A stretch of 64,000 bases of DNA, taken from NCBI GenBank assembly GCA_000708835.1, contig DF236985.1:247926-311925 (forward strand). Reading direction: 5' to 3'. The notes below the pieces were generated by a model. The model did no database searches. It was not told the DNA's origin and worked only from the letters and a program-made list of their open reading frames with translations. Below are positions 41,184-52,938 of the stretch, in pieces. A program made the translations under genes and the position numbers. The DNA is from Klebsormidium nitens (lineage: Eukaryota; Plantae; Klebsormidiophyceae). How positions within the stretch are numbered: the first letter of the stretch is position 1; every line of letters begins with the position of its first letter.

Positions 41184-44100
41184 ATGAATCTTGCGTCCTC
41201 GCTTTTGAAGCGGATCCTGCCCCACCATGTCTCTTTGAAATTCAGTGCCTTGCCCCTTCCCAGCAGTAACACCGTCTGGCGACTCCATTATTCCACCAAC
41301 ACAAGCATAGTTTCCCTAGGCTCACGGTTCATCTCTAGAACAGTCTCTCAGCCCCCAAATAGACGCTTCTGCGCAAAGGGCCATCTTTCGCCAGCTTACC
41401 GGCCACGGACTGGCGACCCTCTGACTGCAAATGGAAGGTCCACAATTCTGCGCCCACTCTCTTGGCGCCACATGGCTGCGTCTGATCGCCTCACTATGAG
41501 GGGGTCTCTTCTTACACCATCCGCGCCAGCTCAGCACTCTGCCGCGCCCTCCTCTTGGCACCCTTCTTTGAGGTCTCCGGTGCTTTTGGCGCTCGGTTGC
41601 CCGCCAAGTCACAGGCTCATCCATGTTGCCGCCAAATGCTACGGCGATTTACGGAGTCTAGCCCCTCCTTGGCAGAGAGCAGCATCAGGATGGGGGACGT
41701 GCGGACCGCCAGCTTGGCCGCACTCTATTCGGACACTGCGTTCATCTGCGGGGACCGTGTTTGCCAAGGGCGGTGTCAAGAGGGCGCAGTCGACTTTGGC
41801 GCCATTGCGGAGGCCATCTCAGTTTGGCGCTCCCGGAACGTCAGGGTTGGCCTTCTGGCCCGCCCAGGAAGCCCTTACGGAGACATTTCCACGGGCTTCG
41901 GGGCGCCTACGGGCGACTCAGGGGTCCCCCGTGCTAGGCCCCCCGCTCGCAAACGAACCGCTCATCTCAATCGGCAGTGCTGAGGAGCCCCTGGGTATGC
42001 TGTCCACCGACGAGCCGTTTCTTGGGGACGTGCTAGACAGGGGAACGTCGCAGGAGACGCTTCTTTCGTCCCCAACTTGGAACCCTCCAGAGGACCGACC
42101 CCCCGAAGAGAAGATCATCCCTCACGAGTTCCCCCGGTTGGACGACCTGCGGCGCGCGCTGGCGGTTGAGGTGCAGGCGGGGTTTTGCAACTTACAGGGG
42201 ACGAAAATGAAGTTCAGCGTGTTTCTCGACTTCCAGCTGATGGACTGGGCGCGGATTACGATGAGCCAGAAGCACGCGCACGAGCTGCACGAGCTGCAGC
42301 GCAAGTACGTGCGCTGCAAGGCGGCGGGGCGGGAGAAGATCCTCGACCGGGTAAGCTTTTGGGTCTCGAGTCTCGGTGGGCCGAGTGCTTGCCTGAACTT
42401 CCGTCTGAAAGCTTGCACCTGCCCTTGCTGTTAGAAAAGTAAGGGTATAGCTGTCATTCTTGTCAATTACGGAAAAAACGGGTATAAAGGGGGCAGCCTC
42501 TCGTGGACAGCAGAGAGAGTTATGCAACCCGTCGCTTGATCAAGACCATATTTCTGCAACTTCGAAGGCTGCGGACTTCTCTTGTAAGGTGAAACGGGAA
42601 ACGTCTCTGTAGGCTGAACTCCAACAACTGGGAACGGCCAACCGTATTTCGTCAACTGACGAGAATGTTTGGCAATCATTCGAGGAACCGTATCAGTTGA
42701 AGTCAATTGGATGGTTTCGACCATTTGTCTCCCCTTCAACAGACCTATCTCAGGAAGTGGACGCTTGTCGCTGGTGGAGAAGAGGAAGAAGGATAGAAGA
42801 CCGAAAAAGCAAAAAGGGACCCCTGAGAATCAGACCGATCACTGCAAACTGGGTGCACGGTTTTCGAACTGACTAGGGAACTCCGGAGGACATATCTTGA
42901 GGATGCTTGGCACCGAGCTTGAAACAGACGACCCGCACTCTGTGTCCCTTGGCAGGTGGCAGAGTTTTTGGGCGAGCCGAACGTGCGCGTGCTGGCCGCC
43001 AAGGAGACGGGCAGCTACGACGCGTTGCAGCGCGCTCTCGCATACGAGTGGGCACACGGCTTCACCAACAGCCAGGGCAAGCAGTCCGACTTCGCCACAT
43101 TCCTGGCGGCGCGGCTAGAGGGGCATTCTTTGCACTTGCGGGCGTGTGAATATCCGCAGACAGGGGTGGAGGAGAGACAGGAGCTGTTGGAAGCGGTGAG
43201 GCGCTCTTTGCTTCATGTAGAAAGTGATCATCATGAGTGATTGCAGAACAACGAGTGTTTCCCTCCGGCCCTGATGAGATGGTTCTGAGGTTGTCGGGAA
43301 GGGGAGGTGGCCAGGCACACCAAACCCGGTCAGACTCCCCGCTCAAGAGACGTGCCTCTCGGGTGCGTTGCTAGACAGCCCGTCTTCCTGGCCAATCTTG
43401 TCAGAATCGGATTGGAAGGGTTTGCTCTGGTTCTTCGACGAGTGGTGACGGCACAGTTGCACGCTTGCTAGCGTCTGCACCTTGTCAATTTCCAAAGGGT
43501 CCTAACGGCATCTTTGTATCTGCAGGTAGCGCGCTCCCTCGGCGCGCCCAGCCTGCGCGTCCTGGTGGAACACGAGCTGGCTGCCATTGACGCCTCACCC
43601 GACCTCCCGACCCCGCTCGATGCGGCATCTCCTGGGAACCTTTTACAACCGGCTGCGGCAGAGGGGGCTCCGGCCGCCAAGGAAGCTTCAGAGGGGGCTC
43701 CGGCCGCCAAGGAAGCTTCTCCCTTGCACGACTCTGCCGCGTGCTTGGAAGAGCATTCGCAAATGGACGTAGGAGAAGGCCTTGCGGCCGACGATCGGAC
43801 AGCGGCGGTTCTCGGAACAGAGGCAGGAGTTGCGGAGCTCGAGTTGAGGGAGGAAATGCAGCAGGGATCTAGCAGCGAGAGTGTACATACGGGAAAGGGA
43901 GGTGGCCGAGTCGAAGCGGAAGAGTTCGGTGGGGTTGCGGCGCAAGAAGCGACGACGGAATTAGTGAAGGTACCGGGACCGCTTGCAGGTTTCCTGGAAG
44001 AGAGCGGGGCTGCTGTGAGAGGGCAAGTCGGAGAGAGCCCAAAGGGGGAAGCAAAGCCTGACGGGGACGGGAAAGGCGACGTCCGGAAAGACTACAGAGA

Positions 44101-47100
44101 GCGACTCCGGCGTTTGCAAGGTCGTTTGGCCGCCATGAAAGGAGCGTCGGAAGGACACGTGGCAGCCGCTGCGGAAGCCACGGTGCCGCCTGAAGAAGGG
44201 ACGGAGGTGCAGGGGGTGGAGGGGTATTTGGGAAGCGATCAGGAGATGAGCGCAGCGAGTGTTGGTTATCTTGAGAAAGAGCAGGGGGTGGAGTCTTTCG
44301 GCAAAAGTGTACCAGCCGGTGTAGGTTCGCAAGAATTGGGGGATCCGTTGAGGGCCCTTGAGGCGGAGCATGATCCGGGCGTAGAGAGCGGAGTCGCCGA
44401 GTCGAGGGGCGCAGTCGAACCCGAGGAAGCTACTCCAAGCACTGCGGAGGAGCCTGGGAGCGTTTCCTTTGAAAAGCTCCTCGAGACTCGGTCTCTGCCG
44501 AGCTCTGCGTCGGCCCTTGACCAGTTGTTGGACCAACGTGGAGTTGCGGAAGAAAGCGGGGGGATCGGGCGGGTTCTCGAGGGCGTGAAAGAGGCGCCCG
44601 AGATGTCGCCTCTGGAGCGGGCTTTGAGCCGACGGGAAGAGGCGGTTCCGGTCCCGGAATTCCACTTTGAAGAGGAGAACTCGGGCGGCGACAAGGCGGA
44701 GAGTTGGTTGGAAGACCGCAGCGAATGGGCGATCAGCCCCGTGAGAAAAGCGGAGCGGAATGCAGAGCTCTTTGAAGAATCGGAAATCAATGAAAGCACG
44801 GGAGACGGGCTGTCTAAAACTCTCAAGGGGGAACCGTACGCAGAGGCGGCGCCGCTGTCCGAAAGCGTCGTGGCGGGGGCCCCGAAAAAGCCGCCGCCTA
44901 TGAAGTTGTTCCCACGAAGGTCGATTCTCGGGGCGCAGAGTTTGGCGGAGCTCCCCTCGAACGACACGTGGGAGGACCGTCAGGTCGGTACAAGGGAGCC
45001 GTGGTACAACCGGCCGTTGAGCGCGTTCACACGGTACGCCGAGAAGGTGCCGCTGGGGTACGACCCGGCCGGTGTGAATTGGGCCGAGGTGCTGCCGAAG
45101 TTGGCCGCGGTTGTCGCGGAGGATACTAACGAGGCCGGGACCTCAGAAGAGATTCCGGCCGACGAGCTCGAAGCGGACTTTGAGCCAGAAGAGGTTCCGA
45201 GCGGCTCTGGGGGGATGATCCTGAGTGGAGGAGACGGGGGGGAAGATGGGAACGAGGGGTGGGGGGGAAGTTGGGCGGAAGAACGGAACCGGCCAGGGGA
45301 GACGAGCGGTCGGACGGAGGCGGACGAGGGTCGGGGCGCCCGTGTGAATGGGCCCCTTATTTCGGAAGAAGACTGGAAAGTGCTCGAGGCGGAGCCGGGA
45401 ATCGTAAAGCGGAGCGACACCCTGCTGGCGAGCATACGGCAGTTACGGGACAAGGAGAAGGGGAAGAAGAAAGAGGGCAGGCCCGCTGGGGCGGAAAGCG
45501 AATCCTTAGACTCAGTTCTAGAGTCGGGCGGAGAGAAAGAAGGGGAAAAAGCGAAGAAGGGCGCAAAGCGCGCTCTGGATCCGGCGTGGAAGCTAGACAC
45601 GCCGATGGAGATGGTGAAGTGCCTCACTCCGGGCCAGCGGAAGAAGCTGATCGAGGCGGAGTTTCTGACGGCGCGGCAGCTGTTGCAGCACTACCCGAAG
45701 GCGATGATCGACAGTGCGCAACTAGAGGAGGGCCTCCCGAGGGAGGGCTCGCACTTCACCGGCATCGGCACAGTGCTCTCCTCCAGGCAAGGCCGGCTTG
45801 CATTCTACTTAGGCATGCTTCTTTTGGCGATGGTCGTTCATATCTTTTTCTCCGTGTCATTTCTCTCTTTCTTATTCTCTCCCTTTGGTGGGATTGTTTC
45901 TTCAAAGATGAGCTAACGTACACCTATTTAAGCGTGCTCGCTTTCCAGGCTAAGATTTCACTTGGTGATGGGTTGCCTGCAGGAGTCCTTGCAATGATCA
46001 TGCGCGCGCAAACCGCTTCAAGGAAGACTTTCCAGCCTCGATTTGAACGCGCTAAAAAGTTGGCGTTTCTTCTCCGTACTTACATCGTCTCCGGAAGAGC
46101 AAGAAGTTCCATGTAAACGAGAGCGTTGCCAGTAGACACTAACACATCCAGGCTTGGCTTCTTTGTGCAGGGGGGTGAAAACTGCTGGTAGCCGGGGGTT
46201 CATCGAAGTGATGATCCAGCACGAGCAGCCGGCCGGGGGGGGACCTCCGCTGATCATGAAGAGCCTGAGATGGCTGGCGTTCGCACCCTACAGAACGCTC
46301 GCCTTCATCGCCAATAAGACGCCCAAAGGCACGGAGGTCATTGTCAAAGGAACGGTAAGCCACGGCCTTCCGAGATACGGGGAGGGCTTTTGGAGCGAAT
46401 CCGCAGGAATGTGGATTGCTGCAGAAGGTTGGACAATTGAAGTGGATGCCAGCCCTCGGTCGCTCATCTTAATGCAAGCATATGATTTTGTGCCGCATCA
46501 AAGCTGGCGTCTCGTTACAGCGCATGATGTACGTCCCTTGGGCCTAGGGCACCATCAAATGACTCCCATATTTTCTAAGGATTATTGTTACTTCCCTTTG
46601 CGAATCACGAATTGGTCCCAAGAGCTTATTCCCACACATACTCCCGTCTGGTCGGTTGCAGGTGAAGCACACGTCAAATCCGACTGTGATTGAGATCCTG
46701 AAGCCAGAAATCCAGCTCAAGAGCGAAGCGGCAGGCTTGATTGGCGGCGTTGGCGGGAGCGGCATGGCGGCGGGCACCGGCGAGGAGCTGGACGCACCCC
46801 TGCCGGTGTATGCACAAAAAGGGGGCCTGCTGCCGCGAACCATACAAGAGTGCATCTACAAGTGAGCGGATCGCACTGATTATATATTGCGGAGTTGGTT
46901 GAGGACGAAAAAATGGGACCGAAGCTTGCGGCCAGACGTTGAGGAATGTTGCAGGAGTGCTGCGAACACAGTGTGCAGTGGAGAAACACCAGAGAATCGT
47001 GTCCTTCTTAATTGCGCGTTTGTCCGTGCTGGTATCTAGAACTTTCAGGGGCAGACTTGTCCCCCACTAGAGAAGTCGGGTTATTCGGGTTTCGAAGCGG

Positions 47101-50100
47101 GCTCTTGAGGGGCCGTCAAACGAGGCGCGATCAATCACTTCAATCAAGGCAATGACTAATGATGAGACAGTACAAAAACGAGTCTGACTAGCCAGGGCGC
47201 GTTAGCGTGGGTGCGGAGCGCCTAAGCCTTTCGTCTGCATTCTCGGTCAGGCCGAGGGCTTGTTGTTTCCTGACCAGAAAACCTACTGACAACGAGCTCC
47301 CTTGTCGTGCGCAGGGTCCTGGCGGCGCTTCCGGACGACCTGGACCCGCTGCCGGCGGACGTCCGGCGGCAGTGGGGCCTGCTGGAGCTGCGGCAGGCGC
47401 TGCGCGCGCTGCACGCGCCCAAGACGGGGGAGGAGGCGGAGGAGGCCAGGAGGCGCCTGGTCTTCGACGAGTTCTTCTACCACCAGGTGACCGGGGCGGG
47501 GGGACCAGTTTCGCTGTTGTTGTGCAAGGTCCTTTCTTTCGTAGAGTTAACACAGTGGGTCAGTGAATTGGTAATAATGCTAGAGGTGGCCTAGTGAAAG
47601 ACTGGAGGTGCGTCTAAGCTCGGAGTGTCCGTCGGTTCTCAGGCATAGGGGCGTGGTTTGGTGGTACTGCACACTCACAAGCGGACAACAAGCTGACCAA
47701 TCAAGCTTCCCTCAAAGCAGTATTCTAGCAACGGCAATCGACCAGATAGACCTTGCTAGACTGCGTTTTTCCTTCAAACCACGAGTTCGCAGTCAGCAAG
47801 TCTATCGGGAGCCTGATTTTTCTTCCTCGTCGTCCTTGCAGCTGGGCATGTTGCAGCAACGGCAAGACCTGGAGGATGGGCGGGAGCGGGCCGCCCCCGT
47901 TCCGCCGGAAAAGTGGTCGCCGCTGGTCCAAGAAATGCTGGCGGCTCTGCCGTACAAATTGACGGGGTCGCAGGAGGGCGCGTGCGCCGAGATTGTTGGG
48001 GACCTGCGCCGCAAAGTGCCCATGAGCAGGCTGCTCCAGGTAACGCCGGGCGTTTTGAGCGGGGATTCTTGTGTTGATGCATTTTGGGCGGCACCTGATG
48101 GTGACGTCAGCTTGAGCTGCCTTTCCAACGTATCAACGGCTTGCTTGTTCACAGGGTTTGATTCCCAAATGACCTGAAGGTTCGGATGCTAGGGCTAGTA
48201 CGGCCGTCTGCTGCAGATCTATTGAAGCCCGTATCGACAATAGATTGAAAACCTGTGGGTCGCAAACGACACTGAGCGGCTCTTCACCCCTTGATTGCAG
48301 TCAACAATTGCAAAACAAATGCTCTCTGCAATTGTGAAGTACCGACTCGGCGTGTGTAACCAAGCCTCGTTGGCGAGTCGTCAATCGTAAAACCACTCTT
48401 GCACACAATTGGCCAAGATTCGCATGCCGCTTCCTTCAAGACGTAATGCCTTTCGCATTGGACCAATCTCTGTTCGCTTTGTGTAACCAAGCCTTGTTGG
48501 CCGGACGTCAACATAAAGCCACTTTTGCACAATTGGACCAAGCTTACAAGACGGAATGGCCTTTCGCAGTGATATCAATCTCTGTTCGCTTTTCAGGGCG
48601 ACGTTGGGTGCGGCAAGACGGTGGTCGCCCTTCTGGCGCTGCTGGAAGTGGTCGCTGCTGGCTACCAGGGCGCCATCATGGCGCCAACCGTGTTCCTCGC
48701 CGACCAGCACTTCCGTAAGTTTTCCGCGTGGCTCGACGCGCTGGGCCCCGCTCACCGGCCCACGCTCACGCTACTCAAGGGCTCCATCACCCGGAAGGAG
48801 CAACGCGACCGGCGACAGGGCCTCCTGGACGGGACCACCCAGCTGGCGGTCGGGACGCACGCGCTTCTCTCGGAAGGCGTCGAGTTTGCGAAACTAGGGC
48901 TCGCGGTGATTGACGAGCAGCACCGGTTCGGCGTCGATCAGCGCGCGAAGCTGCACCAGAAGGGGCTGCGGAAGGTCGGGCCGGGGGGGGAGGAGGACGG
49001 GGAGGAGGACCCCCCCGCTGCGGAGCGGGAGCTGCCGTCGCCGCATGTGATGGCCATGACCGCGACGCCGATCCCGCGCACGCTCGCGCTCGCGCTTCAT
49101 GGCGAGATGGATATCACAGTGGTACGGCCGCCGTTTATTGGTCTATAAGAGTTTTAGTAAGCTCACGTTATATGAAGCTAACCTGCCTGGGACGGGTGGG
49201 CTTAGTGAGGTAATTTAGGGTGGGCAGGGGTGCGGAGCGGGTGGATCTTTGGCTTAGGTTTGGGTTTTCGGTGTTAGTTTACTTTAAATTGAGCTACCAT
49301 GAGTACTGTTGGAGAATTATTCTCCGTCTCTGCACGAGACTTTTGCTAGGTTCCTGGGACTGCTAAGAGTGATACTCTTTTTTCAGGGTCGCTTGGTTTA
49401 GGCGTGCTCTTTTCGAGGCATGCTGTGTGGAGACTGTCCAACGGCCGCTGGATCACGTGCCTTTACCTGGTCTTGAAGTCGCTCTCGAATCTACGCACTG
49501 TTTGCCGAGTGCTGGTTAACAAAATGGTCGCCGCCAAGTGAAGCAGCTACCTTTTCAAAGTGCGACCAATGATAAGCTTTGCAGACTGTGGAAGAAGTGA
49601 AACAGATTAAATGAAGCTCAACTTCGTGCTTGTTCAGCTTTCGAGTCATCCCCACTCTCTCGTTTACTGTATTGCAGATCGACGAGTTGCCCCCGGGCCG
49701 GCCCGAGATCACGACCCACGTGGTTTTCGACACGGAGGCAGGGCGGCGGAAGGCGTACGAGAGCGTGCGGGAGGAGCTGGCAGGGGGCGGCCGAGCCTTC
49801 ATCGTGTTCCCGCTCATCGACGAGTCGGTGGCTAGGGTACGGCAGCTTGAAAGTTCGCTTCAAATCTTTCAATACATCAAATTTAAATCCCTGCTTACGG
49901 GATAGGAGGAACTCCCATATTGCGGTTGCGAAAGCTTGACTGCCGGGATTTGAGGAGCTTTTGAAAGACACTCTTTTGGCAGGCCAAGTCAAAGCTTTCT
50001 CCGTTGATTATCCTTGACTTGTAGCACACAAGACCCTGATCAGATCCTACGTCAGTGGCGTGGTCTGGATGCATTCTCGCAATATGGTGTACCGTCTGCT

Positions 50101-51792
50101 ATTCGCCTTCCATCACCGACGTTTACACAGCTACGTCTTTCCTCGTCCTCGCTCCGTCTTAGGCTAACTGAGTAAAGCCGGGACCACGCGTTCATGGGCA
50201 TTTGTCATGTTGCAGTCAAACTTCTGTAGATCTTGCTTCGCTTGTTCTGTACAGGAGTGGCGCTCCGCCGTGGCCGAGTACGAGGCCCTCCAGTCGGGTT
50301 TCCTCGCCGGCTTCCCGTGCGGCCTGGTCCACGGGCGCATGAACCCCGTCGAAAAGGAGGAGGCCATGGCGCGCTTCAAGGCGGGGGAGACACGTGTCCT
50401 CGTCTCCACGACCGTGGTCGAGGTCGGGATCGACATCCCGGAGGCAACGGTAATGGTGGTGGAGCACGCGGAGCGGCACGGCACCGCGCAGCTGCACCAG
50501 CTGCGGGGGCGAGTTGGGCGCGGAACGCGCGCGGCCACGTGCATACTGCTGACCAGCAGGTGCGCGGGGATTGTGGATGTTTGCGGAGGGGCCTTTTTCC
50601 AAAGATTGCGTGTTTTGTTTGTGGGTTTGAAGTTTTAGAGGTGGGCTCCTGACGGTTTCCGTCTTCACTTTTCGACGAAGTGCTGTCTCCGCCTTTCCTC
50701 CTTCGTGCCTTTCTTCTCGCCTCCTCCCACTTTTTTTCCTGGCCCCTCATATCTTCACTCTTTCTCGTTTCGGAAAATGGTTTGAATGGTCAAGCAACCC
50801 TTTTCCTTTGTTCTTTGTTCTGGCAGAGCAAATCGGAATGTGGACCTTGAACGTTTTGCTCGTAGTCTCTGCTTCTGTGAACCCATCGCCGATTGGTCAT
50901 AATCTCTCCGTGCCGTGCAGCCGCGGGGCATTGCCCCGGTTGCGGGCCCTGGAGCGGAGCCGCGACGGATTCCGGTTGGCGGAGCTGGACCTGCAGCTGC
51001 GCGGGCCGGGGCACCTGCTCGGGAAGAAGCAGTCGGGGCACCTCCCCGAGTTTGCCATTGCGCGCCTCGACACAGACGAAGGGATCCTCAATGACGCCAG
51101 GACCGCGGCAGAGGTGAGCACGTGCCTGAGAACAAGTCCACATGTCCTTTTCTTATAGTGCTGCTTCGAGACTGCTTTGAGGTGCTGCGATAGCAGAGTT
51201 CGTGAAAGGCCGTAGTTGTCGTCCCTCTTGCTTGCTGCAGTCGGGCCTGTGATTTGGTGAAGCTGGTTGGCTTTTTCCGTGTTTTACGAGCGATTCCATT
51301 TGTCGACAGACTGTATCTTGTCGTGCTGTACGTTCGACGGACGTTACAGCGCGAGCAGCTGAGTACTGACAATAGTGCACCGGACACTACTGGTCCTTTT
51401 TGCGCTAATCACGAAATGGGTATCCCTTCAGTCGAAAGTTTCACGGAGACTTCCGTCCGGGCAGTGCGGCCCTGCTTCTAACATCCTTTCGCTATTGTGG
51501 CAGTACCCTTGCGGATGCTTACCTCTGAAAATAAAGTGCTGGCTGATTGAATTGTGACTTACATTATGGCTAGAGAGGGAAGCGTCCCCTGCTGCAAACC
51601 CAGCGAGCCAATCCAGCTTTGGTGCATCGCTGATTGTCAATACCTGCCGCTTCCTATTGAACTTGGCATTGGTAATCAATACCTTCTTTTATTGTCCAGG
51701 AACTGTTGCGGGACCACCCAAGGCTGCACGACTTGCCAGCAATTCGGATGGAGTTGAGCGTGAAACAGCCAGCGGTCAGCTTAGGACAGTGA
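41184..51792 (+). CDS. RECG: Organellar ATP-dependent DNA helicase RecG (cyanobacterial/plant type), ~1898 aa
   Basis: 12 exons totalling 5697 nt: 41184-42350, 42956-43195, 43526-45786 (GC donor), 46171-46354, 46662-46861, 47315-47486, 47842-48039, 48597-49121, 49678-49836, 50255-50559, 50921-51113, 51700-51792. Motifs: [84 protein letters not shown]. The N-terminus is S/R/L-rich like a transit peptide, and the plant-like C-terminus reads MELSVKQP. Confidence 0.93.
43659..43718 (+). repeat. Perfect in-frame 30-nt tandem duplication in RecG exon 3 ([10 protein letters not shown] x2)
   Basis: CAGAGGGGGCTCCGGCCGCCAAGGAAGCTT at 43659-43688 and 43689-43718. Confidence 0.92.
48353..48591. repeat. 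Diverged ~120-nt tandem duplication at the 3' end of a RecG intron
   Basis: Both units (48353-48479, 48480-48591) begin TGTGTAACCAAGCCTyGTTGGC, share CCACTyTTGCAC, AATTGG.CCAAG, CAAGACG.AATG and CCTTTCGCA, and end CAATCTCTGTTCGCTT. Confidence 0.85.
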
Positions 51793-52938
51793 CATTCAAG
51801 GCCACTTCGAAACTGATTTGACCGATGCTCGCAACAACGAAACTTGTACATGAACGTTGTACTGCGCACGTTCAAGCGTGTTCGCTGAAGACCTGCCAAT
51901 CAAGATATTATTGACTGATCCAGGTGAAACACGTTTGCAAGCTCCCTCCAATATGAAGCACACAAGCTTCTTGACAGACTCCCCATCATGGTATCGACGT
52001 TGCATCAGGAGCGCGACCGGCTTTGCTTTAACAATTTATTGCAGGACCAATCTCTCCTTCATACAATAGCACATGGCATGATTTTATTATTGTGAGCATC
52101 TTATCATATGAGCCATGCTTACATATATTCGCAGGACAACGCTCAGCTGCACTCTTTTGACATGATTCAGAAGAATCATTTGGGAGCGGACTGCAAGCTT
52201 CTATAAGAAACTCGAGATTCATGGGATTCAGCGCATGCCACCCTTTTGAAACGGAATGTGTTTGATGGTGTACATGTCGCAGCTTGCAAATCATCCTCAA
52301 CTAGGCGCTGCAAAATGCAACATTGATCCACATGTATGCGGCGGCCACGAAAGCCTACATGGTCATATATGACACTGGCCTTATATGAATTAGAGATTAA
52401 TATCATGTGAACAGCATGAGGGTATAGGCAGTGGACTGTGGATTTTGCCGAGTAGTCTGCCGAGTTTTAGCAAGGCCCATGTGGTCACGTGGTCATGTAA
52501 CTGTCCACATTCAATTCCCTTTTCGACCGTCCAAGTTTACTGAAAGTGATATCGGACGGTTCTGAAGGTAGGCACGTACGGCTGTCGTCGACAACATGCA
52601 TTGGCCACTCCCCGATTCGGCAGCCAGCCTGTAAAGTGCAATTGCAGAAAAGGTGCAGACTTGCCCATGTGGTCACCGTCACAGCAGGCGCCAGGGCAAT
52701 TGCGTTGAGCACCTTCCTCCCAAGTTCCAGCCCAGGGAAACTTTGCCTAGGACGTAGCTTGACTGATAGCGCACCTGCTCTGGTTTCAAAGTTGCCTGAC
52801 TTGGGGAGCAGCTTTCTGTTGTGGTAAGAAGCAGTTTAGGTGACAGGCACTGTTGATTGTAAGTTCGGTGTTGAGGTGAATTGTTGCCACACTTTGCCAG
52901 TTGGTTGTGCTGTTGGCTTTCGCAGCGCCGCTGCAAGA

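Noticed and set aside
43961-45627. Several 215-234-aa minus-strand ORFs
   Set aside because: Antisense shadows of the acidic RecG exon 3.
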